A DNA stretch of 36,296 nucleotides from Devosiaceae bacterium (GCA_035547975.1 DASZTU010000162.1:1-36296); one strand, 5' to 3'; shown: positions 8,189-18,156, counted from the first letter of the stretch. Program-made: numbers and translations. The notes: generated by a model from the letters alone, not told the origin.

Positions 8189-11100
8189 ATGTCCATCAAG
8201 AAGATCCTGGTCGCCAACCGCAGCGAGATCGCGATCCGCGTGTTTCGCGCCGCCAACGAACTCGGCCTCAAGACCGTCGCCGTCTATGCCGAGGAGGACA
8301 AGCTTGCGCTCCACCGCTTCAAGGCCGACGAAGCCTATCTGATCGGCCGCGGCAAGGGGCCGGTCGAGGCCTACCTCCAGATCGACGAATACATCCGCGT
8401 GGCGCGCGTCTCGGGCGCCGATGCCATCCACCCCGGCTATGGCCTCCTGTCGGAATCGCCCGAATTCGCGGACGCCTGCGAGGCGGCGGGGATCGTCTTC
8501 ATCGGCCCGCGCGCGCAAACCATGCGCGATCTCGGCAACAAGGTCGCGGCCCGCAACATGGCGCGCTCCGTCGGCGTGCCGATGGTGCCGGCGACCGGCG
8601 CCTTGCCCGACAATATGGAAGAGGTCGCCCGCATGGCGGCCGCGATCGGCTACCCGCTGATGCTCAAGGCGAGCTGGGGCGGCGGTGGGCGCGGCATGCG
8701 CCGCATCATGAGCGAAGCGGACCTGCGCCACGAGGTTTCGGAAGGCCGCCGCGAGGCCAAGGCCGCCTTCGGCAAGGACGAGATGTACCTCGAAAAGCTG
8801 GTCGAGCGGGCGCGGCACGTCGAGGTGCAGATCATCGGCGACGACCACGGCAATCTCGTCCATCTGTTCGAGCGCGACTGTTCCGTGCAGCGGCGAAATC
8901 AGAAAGTGGTGGAGCGGGCGCCGGCCCCCTACCTCGGCCAGAAGGTCCGCGACGAACTGACCGCGGCGGCGCTGCGCCTCGGCAAGGCCGCCAACTACCG
9001 CGGTGCCGGCACCGTCGAATTCCTGATGGATGCCGATACCGACGAATTCTACTTCATCGAGGTCAATCCGCGCATCCAGGTCGAGCACACGGTGACCGAG
9101 GTCGTGACCGGCATCGACATCGTCAAGGCGCAGATCCGCCTGCTTGAGGGGGCGGTGATCGGCACGCCCGAATCCGGCGTGCCGAAGCAGGAGGACATCC
9201 ACCTCAACGGCCACGCCATCCAGTGCCGCATCACCACCGAGGACCCGGAAGAGAACTTCATCCCGGATTATGGCCGCATCACCGCCTATCGCGAGGCGAC
9301 GGGCTTTGGCGTGCGCCTCGACGGCGGCACGGCTTATGCGGGGGCCATCATCACCCGCTTCTACGACCCGCTGCTCGAGAAGGTGACCTGCTGGGCGCCC
9401 ACCCCCGAGGAAGCCATCGCCCGGATGAACCGGGCGCTGCGCGAGTTCCGCATCCGGGGCGTTGCGACCAACCTCGCCTTCCTCGAGAACATCATCACCC
9501 ACCCCGATTTCGTGACCAACCGCTACACCACGCGGTTCATCGACACGACGCCGGCGCTCTTCGACATCCGGCGCCGCCGCGACCGGGCCACCAAGCTCCT
9601 GACCTATATCGCCGACGTGACCGTCAACGGCCATCCCGAAGTCCGCGACCGCCCCAAGCCGCCGGCCGACCGGCCCGAGCCCCTGGTGCCCGAATTCGAG
9701 CCGCCCGCCGTTCTCGAAGGCAGCCGGCAGGTGCTCGACCGTGAGGGACCGCGGGGTCTCGCGCAGTGGATGAAGGACCAGCAGCGGGTGCTCTTCACCG
9801 ACACCACCATGCGCGACGCCCACCAGTCGCTGCTCGCGACCCGCATGCGCAGCTACGACGTCACCCGCATCGCCGAGGCCTATTCGCGCGGCCTGCCGGG
9901 CCTGTTTTCGCTCGAATGCTGGGGCGGGGCGACGTTCGACGTGGCCATGCGCTTCCTCAACGAGGACCCGTGGGAGCGCCTGGCGCAGGTGCGGGCCGGG
10001 GCGCCCAACATCCTGACGCAGATGCTGCTGCGCGGCTCGAACGGGGTCGGCTACACCAACTACCCGGACAATGTCGTCAAATTCTTCGTCCGGCAGGCGG
10101 CGAGGGGCGGCGTCGACGTCTTTCGCGTCTTCGATTGCCTCAACTGGGTCGAGAACATGCGCGTCTCGATGGACGCGGTGATCGAGGCCGAAAAGGTCTG
10201 CGAGGGCGCCATCTGCTATACCGGCGACCTGCTGGACCCCAACCGCGCCAAGTACGACCTCAAGTACTATGTGGCCCTCGCGCGGGAGATCGAAGCCGCC
10301 GGCGCCCATGTGCTTGGCCTCAAGGACATGGCGGGGCTCCTGAAGCCGGCCGCGGCCAGAAAGCTCATCGAGACGCTTCGCGAGGAGATCTCGCTCCCCA
10401 TCCATTTCCACACGCACGATACCTCGGGCGCGTCCGCTGCGACCGTGCTGGCGGCCGTCGAGGCCGGCGTCGATGCGGTGGATGCGGCGATGGACGCCCT
10501 CTCCGGCACCACGTCGCAGCCGACGCTCGGCTCGCTCGTCGCGGCGCTCAGCGGCGGACCGCGCGATCCGGGGCTCGACGCCGGCGCGATCCGCGACATT
10601 TCCTTCTACTGGGAGTGCGTCCGCACCCAGTACCGCGCCTTCGAGAGCGACCTCAGGTCGGGGGCCTCCGAGGTCTACCTGCACGAAATGCCGGGCGGGC
10701 AGTTCACCAACCTCAAGGAGCAGGCGCGCTCGCTTGGCCTCGAGAGCCGCTGGCACGAGGTGGCCGAGACCTATGCCGACGTGAACCGGATGTTCGGCGA
10801 CATCGTCAAGGTGACGCCCTCGTCGAAAGTGGTCGGCGACATGGCGCTGGCGATGGTCTCATCGGGGCTGAGCCGCGCCGACGTCGAAAATCCCGACCGG
10901 GAGATTGCCTTTCCGGATTCGGTCGTCGGCTTCTTCATGGGCGAACTCGGCCAGCCGCCGGGCGGCTTTCCGCCGGCGCTGCAGAAGAAGGTGCTCAAGG
11001 GCAGGGCGCCGCTCACGGCGCGCCCGGGGTCCTATCTGCCGGACGTCGATCTCGAGGCCGAGCGCGCCAGGGCGGCCGAGGCGACCAATGCCGAGATCGA

Positions 11101-11629
11101 CGACTTCCGCCTCGCCTCCTACCTCATGTACCCAAAAGTCTTCACCGACTTCATGAAGACGCAGGACGCCTACGGGCCGACCGAGGTGCTGCCGACGCCG
11201 GTCTTCTTCTACGGCCTGACCCAGGGGCAGGAGATCTTCGCCGAGATCGAGCGCGGCAAGCAGATGGTCATCAACTATCTCGGCCGCGCCGAGACCAACG
11301 AGAAGGGCCAGGTCCGCGTCTTCTTCGATCTCAACGGGCAGCCACGCACCATCACCGTGCCCGACCGCCTGCGCGTCGGCGAGGTGAAGGTCCGGCCCAA
11401 GGCCGCGATCGGCGACCAGAAGCAGGTCGGCGCCCCGATGCCGGGTGTCGTGTCCGGCGTCAACGTGGTCGCCGGCCAGAGCGTCGCCGCCGGCGACGTG
11501 CTGCTCTCCATCGAGGCGATGAAGATGGAAACGGCGATCCACGCCGAGGCCGACGGGGTCGTGGCCGAAGTGCTGGTGCGTCCCGGCGACCAGATCGACA
11601 GCAAGGACCTCTTGGTGCGGTTCGAGTAG
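8189..11629 (+). CDS. pyc: Pyruvate carboxylase
   Basis: 1146 aa. It has a biotin carboxylase N-terminus (MSIKKILVANRSEIAIRVFRAANELG), a carboxyltransferase domain and the biotinyl motif EAMKMET near the C-terminus. It is colinear with rhizobial Pyc as I remember it. TTG 8183 is an alternative start. Confidence 0.97.
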   Translation: MSIKKILVANRSEIAIRVFRAANELGLKTVAVYAEEDKLALHRFKADEAYLIGRGKGPVEAYLQIDEYIRVARVSGADAIHPGYGLLSESPEFADACEAAGIVFIGPRAQTMRDLGNKVAARNMARSVGVPMVPATGALPDNMEEVARMAAAIGYPLMLKASWGGGGRGMRRIMSEADLRHEVSEGRREAKAAFGKDEMYLEKLVERARHVEVQIIGDDHGNLVHLFERDCSVQRRNQKVVERAPAPYLGQKVRDELTAAALRLGKAANYRGAGTVEFLMDADTDEFYFIEVNPRIQVEHTVTEVVTGIDIVKAQIRLLEGAVIGTPESGVPKQEDIHLNGHAIQCRITTEDPEENFIPDYGRITAYREATGFGVRLDGGTAYAGAIITRFYDPLLEKVTCWAPTPEEAIARMNRALREFRIRGVATNLAFLENIITHPDFVTNRYTTRFIDTTPALFDIRRRRDRATKLLTYIADVTVNGHPEVRDRPKPPADRPEPLVPEFEPPAVLEGSRQVLDREGPRGLAQWMKDQQRVLFTDTTMRDAHQSLLATRMRSYDVTRIAEAYSRGLPGLFSLECWGGATFDVAMRFLNEDPWERLAQVRAGAPNILTQMLLRGSNGVGYTNYPDNVVKFFVRQAARGGVDVFRVFDCLNWVENMRVSMDAVIEAEKVCEGAICYTGDLLDPNRAKYDLKYYVALAREIEAAGAHVLGLKDMAGLLKPAAARKLIETLREEISLPIHFHTHDTSGASAATVLAAVEAGVDAVDAAMDALSGTTSQPTLGSLVAALSGGPRDPGLDAGAIRDISFYWECVRTQYRAFESDLRSGASEVYLHEMPGGQFTNLKEQARSLGLESRWHEVAETYADVNRMFGDIVKVTPSSKVVGDMALAMVSSGLSRADVENPDREIAFPDSVVGFFMGELGQPPGGFPPALQKKVLKGRAPLTARPGSYLPDVDLEAERARAAEATNAEIDDFRLASYLMYPKVFTDFMKTQDAYGPTEVLPTPVFFYGLTQGQEIFAEIERGKQMVINYLGRAETNEKGQVRVFFDLNGQPRTITVPDRLRVGEVKVRPKAAIGDQKQVGAPMPGVVSGVNVVAGQSVAAGDVLLSIEAMKMETAIHAEADGVVAEVLVRPGDQIDSKDLLVRFE

Positions 11630-11710
11630 GAGGTGCGCCCAAGGCTTTGATGTCTGTCAAAGCACCGGTGACGCGCGTGGGCTCTTCTACCCACAATGAG
11701 GAGAAGAGCC

Positions 11711-12253
11711 ATGCCCGAGCCGAGCCCCGGCGCCGCCCGCCGTGAATACCTGTGGCCGACGGGGCAGCTCCCCGGACCTGAGACCGAGGCCCTGAAGCGC
11801 TTCCATCGCGACATGGCCTGGTCCGGTACCGTCAAGGCCAGTTCGATGACGCCCGAAATGACGGCGACCGGCCGCGGCACCTTCCGGTGGACCGATGACG
11901 GCCTTTGGGTGATCGGATCGTTCTCGCAGGAACAGTTCTACGAGGGCCGGCAGGTGGCCAGCTGGCGCGCCCAGTATCTCGCCGGCTACGACTACTCCCG
12001 CCGGGCCTATGTCGCCTTTGCGGCCGACAGCAATGGCCGGGCGGTGCCGTTTACCGGCTCGATCGATGGCGATCGGTTCATCATCACCTCGGACGGCGCG
12101 ACGATCGCCGGCGCGCCGGTGCGCCTGAGGATGACCTGGGACTGTTCCTCGCCGGAGACGATGACGTGGCGCAACGACATGTCGATCAACAACGGCCCCT
12201 GGCAGCTCGTCGAAGAGTATGACATGCGCCCGCTCGGGCAGGAGGCTCGCTGA
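11711..12253 (+). CDS. DUF1579-like hypothetical protein
   Basis: ATG 11711 follows a GAGGAGAAG RBS (track start 11696 is an extension). The 180-aa product has a beta-rich pattern resembling DUF1579. The family call is tentative. Confidence 0.55.
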   Translation: MPEPSPGAARREYLWPTGQLPGPETEALKRFHRDMAWSGTVKASSMTPEMTATGRGTFRWTDDGLWVIGSFSQEQFYEGRQVASWRAQYLAGYDYSRRAYVAFAADSNGRAVPFTGSIDGDRFIITSDGATIAGAPVRLRMTWDCSSPETMTWRNDMSINNGPWQLVEEYDMRPLGQEAR

Positions 12254-12325
12254 GCCATCCGCCCGCCGCATCCGACCGCCTGCGCGGGGAGGTGGTTGGA
12301 GGCAGCGTCCGGTCCGCGGCGGCCC

Positions 12326-12379
12326 TTGTTCCCATATTGGGAACGTGCTAGCTTGGGCAACGATGAGGATCGTTGCCCA
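12326..12379 (+). promoter_or_regulatory. Candidate higBA promoter/operator: two palindromes
   Basis: GTTCCCA-TAT-TGGGAAC (12328-12344) sits between TTGTTC (12326-12331) and TGcTAGCTT (12346-12354). TGGGCAACGAT-GAGG-ATCGTTGCCCA (12354-12379) encloses the higB ATG (12363). No SD is visible. Confidence 0.45.
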
Positions 12380-12647
12380 TCGTCACTTGCGAGAGTTCGG
12401 GCAGCGACACCCGAGCGCGGCGCGGCCGCTCGTATTCTGGCACGACACCGTTCGCGCCTCCACGTGGCAGTCCATGCAGGACGTGCGGCGCAGCTTTTCG
12501 AAGGCCAAGATACTGAACGGTGAACGGGCGCGTTTCGAAATCAGCGGCGGAGATTTCCGGTTGATCGTGGCGTTCGATTTCGAGAACCAGATCGCCTACA
12601 TCAATTTCATCGGGACGCACGCCGAGTACGATTCATCGATGCCCTGA
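12363..12647 (+). CDS. higB: Type II toxin-antitoxin system HigB family toxin (mRNA interferase)
   Basis: 94 aa, MRIVAHRHLREF...FRLIVAFDFENQIAYINFIGTHAEYD, matching the HigB (COG4680/PF09907) pattern. Track ORF 12219 is an extension. The order is toxin first. Confidence 0.85.
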   Translation: MRIVAHRHLREFGQRHPSAARPLVFWHDTVRASTWQSMQDVRRSFSKAKILNGERARFEISGGDFRLIVAFDFENQIAYINFIGTHAEYDSSMP

Positions 12648-12671
12648 CGGTTTCAATGTTCTAGGTGCGCC

Positions 12672-13043
12672 ATGGAAATTCGGCCCATTGTGACGGACGA
12701 GGATCATCAGGCCGCTCTCGCGGAGATCGAGCGCCTGTGGGGCGCCGCGCCGGGAACGCCGGAGGGAGCGGTGCTCGACGCATTGGCCACTCTCGTCCAG
12801 GCCTATGAGGACCGACGCTGGCCGCCTGAGGCGCTCGATCCCATCGAGGCGATACAGGCGAGCATGCAGTGGAACGGCCGGACGCAGGCGGATCTGGCGG
12901 AGCTTTTGGGCTCACGCTCGCGTGCCTCCGAAATCCTCAATCGCAAGCGCGCGTTGACGGTCGAAATGATCCACAAGCTGCAGAGCGAGTGGGGTATTCC
13001 CGCCGAACTCCTGATTCGCCCGTATCGGTTGGACGCCGCCTGA
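12672..13043 (+). CDS. higA: HigA antitoxin / XRE-type HTH regulator (COG5499-like)
   Basis: 123 aa with a C-terminal HTH (GRTQADLAELLGSRSRASEILNRKRALTVEMIHKL). It starts 24 nt after higB, with an AGGTG RBS. Confidence 0.85.
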   Translation: MEIRPIVTDEDHQAALAEIERLWGAAPGTPEGAVLDALATLVQAYEDRRWPPEALDPIEAIQASMQWNGRTQADLAELLGSRSRASEILNRKRALTVEMIHKLQSEWGIPAELLIRPYRLDAA

Positions 13044-13396
13044 TGGGCGATCTCCGCTTCAACCGGCCGCCGCGGCGGCGCCTCGCCCCGCCACGTCCGC
13101 CGGAACTCACCGCCGCCGACATTGCCGGCATCGGCCACAATGGCGGCCCGCCACTCGACGAGCATATCCCCGAATGGGGCGTCGGGGGTATCGGCACCTA
13201 TTTCGCCTGGCGCGCGGCGAGCGAGGCGGCGTTCAAAAGCCTGCCGGCCGAAACCGCCATCCGCCGCGCCAAGAAGGCGGAATCGCTCGGCCTCACCTTT
13301 CGCGAGTACCAGCTGGAAATCCTCGAGCGGGGGCGCTTCCTGCAGACCGAGGACGCGCAACGCATCGCCGAGATCATCGCGAGGCGCAACCGCTGA
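13043..13396 (+). CDS. Conserved hypothetical protein (GHNGGPPL motif)
   Basis: ATG 13043 shares one nucleotide with the higA stop (TGATG). The 117-aa product has high GC3 and the motifs IGHNGGPPLDE and RRAKKAESLGLTFREYQLEIL. Track start 12869 lies inside higA. Confidence 0.55.
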   Translation: MGDLRFNRPPRRRLAPPRPPELTAADIAGIGHNGGPPLDEHIPEWGVGGIGTYFAWRAASEAAFKSLPAETAIRRAKKAESLGLTFREYQLEILERGRFLQTEDAQRIAEIIARRNR

Positions 13397-13407
13397 GGGG
13401 CGGCCCC

Positions 13408-13680
13408 TTAGCTCGAAAAAGCCACCCCGATTTCCCTCAGCGCCCGCCAGATGACCCGGCAGTGGTGCGTGCCGTCGCCCGGCACCACCAGATCGAAGCG
13501 GTTCGGCACGTCGCCGACCGGCACGACCTCGATGCGGGCTTCGGTCGCGGTCACGCTGCGGACCACGCAGGGCCGCTGCTTGTGGTCGTAGACGATGCTG
13601 GCCGAAAGCCGCGCATTGCGGCTCGGGGGCAGCGCGGCTGAGCGGCGGGATCTCTGGGCGCGGGGGACAAGCATGGGCAT
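13408..13680 (-). CDS. PilZ domain protein (single domain, degenerate motifs)
   Basis: 90 aa starting at ATG 13680 with a GAAGGTG RBS. It is the C-terminal part of the 242-aa track ORF and shows a PilZ-like beta-barrel pattern (ASIVYDHKQRPCVVRSVTATEARIEV). Confidence 0.6.
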   Translation of the reverse strand: MPMLVPRAQRSRRSAALPPSRNARLSASIVYDHKQRPCVVRSVTATEARIEVVPVGDVPNRFDLVVPGDGTHHCRVIWRALREIGVAFSS

Positions 13681-13757
13681 CACCTTCGATGCCAATGAGC
13701 CTGCGCGGCCCATGGTTCCGCCCGCAATTCGAGGCAAATGCGCCCCGTCTCCGGTCC

Positions 13758-14075
13758 TCAGCGGCCCCGGTAGGCCGTGCCGCCGACCGGCTTGGCCGTG
13801 ACGTGCGGCGGCAGCATCCGCACGATCCAGCTCACCATGAGCGGCACCAGCACCAGGTCGTCGATCCAGCCGGCAAACGGGATGAAGTCGGGGACGAGAT
13901 CGATCGGGCTGACGAGATAGAGCGCCGCAAAGAGGGTTGCGGCTTTGAGCGGCAGCGGCGTGTCGGGATGCCAGAAGGCGCGCCACAGCAGCACCGCTTC
14001 GCGCCGGAAGGCGAGAAGGCGGCCCCAGGCGGCGCGGCCGAAGACGATGAGGAAGGGCAGGCGGGTGTTGCTCAT
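13758..14075 (-). CDS. DUF1232 (YkvA family) membrane protein
   Basis: 105 aa starting at ATG 14075, with the signature LYLVSPIDLVPDFIPFAGWIDDLVLV. The rest of the 496-aa track ORF is antisense to ispG. Confidence 0.75.
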   Translation of the reverse strand: MSNTRLPFLIVFGRAAWGRLLAFRREAVLLWRAFWHPDTPLPLKAATLFAALYLVSPIDLVPDFIPFAGWIDDLVLVPLMVSWIVRMLPPHVTAKPVGGTAYRGR

Positions 14076-14186
14076 GCCGACTAGATGGGGACCCCGAGCG
14101 CCCGCGCAAGAGCCCCTCTTCGCCGAAGCTTCGCATTGCGCCCGGAACCCGGGCGGCCTATTTCTCACCCCAAACGAGGTGTGACG

Positions 14187-15428
<1,242 letters not shown>

Positions 15429-15431
15429 CCG

Positions 15432-15644
15432 CTATTCCCGCCAGGCGGGCTCGCTCTTCTGTTCGTAGTCGGAGAAGGCTTTCATCAGCCCGCCCAACAC
15501 CTCGGCGGACGTTTCGAACATCGCCTTGAACTGCGGGTCGTCGACCTTGTCGATGTCGGCACGCATGTGCTGGAGCGTGTCCTCGAGCCGCTGGCGCATC
15601 TTGCGCGTGTGAAATTTGGGATCGCCGTCGACTTCGCTGCCCAT
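15432..15644 (-). CDS. Small conserved hypothetical protein
   Basis: 70 aa with a strong AGGAGGG RBS 4-5 nt upstream of ATG 15644. The product is helical and charged (KAMFETSAEVLGGLMKAF). The gene is convergent with ispG. Confidence 0.6.
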   Translation of the reverse strand: MGSEVDGDPKFHTRKMRQRLEDTLQHMRADIDKVDDPQFKAMFETSAEVLGGLMKAFSDYEQKSEPAWRE

Positions 15645-15719
15645 GGCACCCTCCTGTTCATCTGCCGGGGAGAACGGAGGGCGGCGCCCGGGGGTTCCGG
15701 GCGTCCCTGCGATACCGGC

Positions 15720-16208
15720 TCAGCCGGTCGCGGCCACGGCTTCCCCGGGGATCTCGCAGGCGTCGGCCCATTGCGCATGCGTCAGCGCGACCAGCCGCTC
15801 GACGGGAAGCCGCACCGAGGAGTGCGTCGAGCCCGCGGCCGGGATCACCTCGTCGTAAATCTTCAGCGACACGTCGCAAAAGACCGGGATCGGCGCCGGC
15901 AGGCCAAAGGGGCAGACCCCGCCCACCTGGTGGCTCGTCAGCCGCTCGACGTCCTCGGCCCCGAGCATGCGCGGCCGCCCGCCAAAGGCCGCCTTGGCCT
16001 TCCGGTTGTCGAGCCGGGCGTCGCCGCGCGTCACCAGCAGGAACTCGCGATCGTTGACGCGGATCGCGAGCGTCTTGGCGATCTGTCCCGGCTCGACCCC
16101 GTGCACCGCCGCGGCCAGCTGCACCGTCGCCGTCGACTCCGGCGTTTCGATCACCGCAATGTCGGGCGCGTGGCTGGCGAAGAAGTCCTTGACCGATCTG
16201 AGCGTCAC
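15720..16208 (-). CDS. YbaK/EbsC family aminoacyl-tRNA deacylase-like protein
   Basis: 162 aa with KTLAIRV...LLVTRGDARLD...VGGVCPFG. GTG start with a GGGAGAG RBS that overlaps the ispA stop. Confidence 0.8.
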   Translation of the reverse strand: MTLRSVKDFFASHAPDIAVIETPESTATVQLAAAVHGVEPGQIAKTLAIRVNDREFLLVTRGDARLDNRKAKAAFGGRPRMLGAEDVERLTSHQVGGVCPFGLPAPIPVFCDVSLKIYDEVIPAAGSTHSSVRLPVERLVALTHAQWADACEIPGEAVAATG

Positions 16209-16219
16209 AAAAGCTCTCC

Positions 16220-17122
16220 CTAGTTCTCGCGCGCCGCAAAGAAGCGCGCCGTGGCCCTGAGACCGTCGGCCTCGGGCCCGAATTCCATCAGCGCCGTCAG
16301 CGCGTCGTGCACGAGCTCGCCGAGCTCCCGTCGCGCGGCATCGAGGCCAAGCCGCGCAATCAGCGTCTGCTTGCCGGCGGCCGCATCCTTGCCGACGGCC
16401 TTGCCGAGCGCCGCCTCGGTCGAGGTCGCGTCCAGCAGGTCGTCCGCGAGCTGGAACGCGCGTCCGGCGAGCCCCGCAAACCGGGTGAGGGTTGCGAGCG
16501 CCTCCTCTGGTGCCCCGCCGAGGATCGCGCCCATCCGCACCGCGGCGCGGATCAGGGCGCCGGTCTTCATCGCCTGCATGTCGGCGATTTCGGCATCGGG
16601 CAGGGGGCTTGTTTCTCCCTCGATGTCGCGCATCTGGCCGCCTACCATGCCGCCCGCGCCCGCCGCCGCCACGAGCTCGCTGACGAGCCGCGCCCGTATC
16701 GCCGGGTCTGGATGGGCCGCGGGCGTTGCCAGCACGCCGAAGGCGTGTGTCAGCAGCGCATCGCCGGCGAGTATGGCGGTTGCCTCGTCGAACGCCTTGT
16801 GCACGGTCGGCCGACCGCGGCGCAGGTCGTCATCATCCATCGCCGGCAGGTCATCGTGGACGAGCGAATAGCAGTGCACCATCTCGACCGCGACGCCCGC
16901 GAGGAGCGTCGCCTCGGCCGGCACGCCGAAAATGGCGGCCGCCTGCCGTACCAGGAGGGGCCGCAGCCGCTTGCCGCCGCCGAGGGCGCCATGCCGCATC
17001 GCGGCGACGACCCGCTGCGGTGCCTCGCCCGGCCCGGACAGGGCCGGCGCCGTCAACAGCCGGTCGAGCGCTGCCTCGACGTCCGCGGCGCAGCGCCTGA
17101 GTTCCTCGTCGAATTCTGTCAT
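16220..17122 (-). CDS. ispA: Polyprenyl synthetase family protein (farnesyl diphosphate synthase-like)
   Basis: 300 aa with the first DDxxD-type motif LVHDDLPAMDDDDLRRGRPTVH and a second Asp-rich motif FQLADDLLD. Confidence 0.88.
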   Translation of the reverse strand: MTEFDEELRRCAADVEAALDRLLTAPALSGPGEAPQRVVAAMRHGALGGGKRLRPLLVRQAAAIFGVPAEATLLAGVAVEMVHCYSLVHDDLPAMDDDDLRRGRPTVHKAFDEATAILAGDALLTHAFGVLATPAAHPDPAIRARLVSELVAAAGAGGMVGGQMRDIEGETSPLPDAEIADMQAMKTGALIRAAVRMGAILGGAPEEALATLTRFAGLAGRAFQLADDLLDATSTEAALGKAVGKDAAAGKQTLIARLGLDAARRELGELVHDALTALMEFGPEADGLRATARFFAAREN

Positions 17123-17169
17123 GGGCGCGAGTGCTAGCGGGTTGGCGCCCGCGCCGCAAGGCGAGCGGC

Positions 17170-17502
17170 TCAGGCGCCGGTCGCCGCCCGCGTCCCGACC
17201 GCCAGCCGGCGCACCAGCCGCTCGAGGCCGATGAGCCCCAGGAGGTAGACCGCCGCGGCGAGCGCCAGCGTGAGAATGGTCGAAACGCCGGGACCGCCGT
17301 GAGCGGGGCCGTCGATGGCGGTGCCGAGCAGCCCCACCCCGATCAGCAGCGGCAGCAGGGCGGCATAGCGCCAGGCCGCCGCAAGCCGGCGCAGGCTCCA
17401 GACCTGGAGGAAGAGGTAGGCCGGTCCCCCGGCGATCAGCAGGATGATGTACCCGGCACGCAAGAACTCGAACAAGGCCACGACGCCGCCTCCGAAACTC
17501 AC
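17170..17502 (-). CDS. Small integral membrane protein (hypothetical)
   Basis: 110 aa with three predicted TM segments, high GC3 and a GTG start. It lies directly upstream of ispA on the same strand. Confidence 0.5.
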   Translation of the reverse strand: MSFGGGVVALFEFLRAGYIILLIAGGPAYLFLQVWSLRRLAAAWRYAALLPLLIGVGLLGTAIDGPAHGGPGVSTILTLALAAAVYLLGLIGLERLVRRLAVGTRAATGA

Positions 17503-17797
17503 CGGCCCTCCAACAATGCGCGCAACTGGCTTAAAATTTGTCGAGTTTTCGATGCTTTTTGGATAGCGTTAGCAAAGGGTTATGCTGATGCAACGGTGCC
17601 ACACCCGGTGGGCGGGACGGCCCCGGATGCCGTTCCGCCCGGCCGCCGGGAACTCGAGGCCGAGGGGGCGCCAAGGCCCTAGCCAAGCGGCCCCCGCTCC
17701 TGTATAGAGCCGCCAAATTCAATTCCGTCCCGGTCTGATGCCGGCGGGCGCCGAGCGCCGCCGCATGGCCCGGCAGTCAGATCAGGAGTTTGTTGCC

Positions 17798-17977
17798 ATG
17801 GCCGTTCCGAAGCGCAAGACCTCGCCGATGAAGCGCGGTTTCCGCCGTTCCGCCGACGGGCTCACCGCCCCGGCTTACGTCGAGGACAAGGACTCGGGCG
17901 AGCTGCGCCGCCCGCACCACGTCGATCTCAAGACCGGCATGTATCGCGGCCGGCAGATTCTCGAGCCGCGCAAGTAA
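17798..17977 (+). CDS. rpmF: 50S ribosomal protein L32
   Basis: 59 aa, [22 protein letters not shown]... AGGAG RBS. Track start 17738 is an extension. Confidence 0.95.
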   Translation: MAVPKRKTSPMKRGFRRSADGLTAPAYVEDKDSGELRRPHHVDLKTGMYRGRQILEPRK

Positions 17978-18012
17978 GGCCCGCCTCATGGCGGCCTGAC
18001 GCACTGTTTTTC

Positions 18013-18042
18013 AACGGCCGGTCCCCATGGGGCCGGCCGTTT
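18013..18042 (+). terminator. Hairpin terminator after rpmF
   Basis: AACGGCCGGTCCCC-AT-GGGGCCGGCCGTT stem with one bulge, followed by TTGAC and preceded by TGTTTTTC, so it could act in both directions. Confidence 0.5.
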
Positions 18043-18156
18043 GACTATTGAATCGGGAACGATGGCATTCCTGCCGATGGCTCGGCGAATTCGCGGACAC
18101 CGCGGCCGATCCGGGGGGAGTGCGAAATCCCGTAAAATTCTGGGCCGGAGAGAACG

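Noticed and set aside
7631-10756. 1041-aa ORF antisense to pyruvate carboxylase
   Set aside because: It mirrors a very strongly supported gene. The product is Arg/Gly/Ala/Asp-rich low complexity with no recognisable domain. Long stop-free antisense frames are expected at this GC content.
11612-11632. GGTTCGAG string resembling a tRNA T-arm
   Set aside because: It lies in the last codons of pyc (VRFE stop). No acceptor or anticodon stems can be built around it.
11644-11663. GCTTTGA-N6-TCAAAGC inverted repeat just after pyc as a terminator
   Set aside because: The stem is only 7 bp and AT-rich, with no U-tract. It might be a protein-binding site but there is too little evidence to call a feature.
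9766-11745. 659-aa same-strand alternate-frame ORF inside pyc
   Set aside because: The translation is Arg/Pro/Gly-rich nonsense in the +1 frame of pyc, with no RBS or domain signal.
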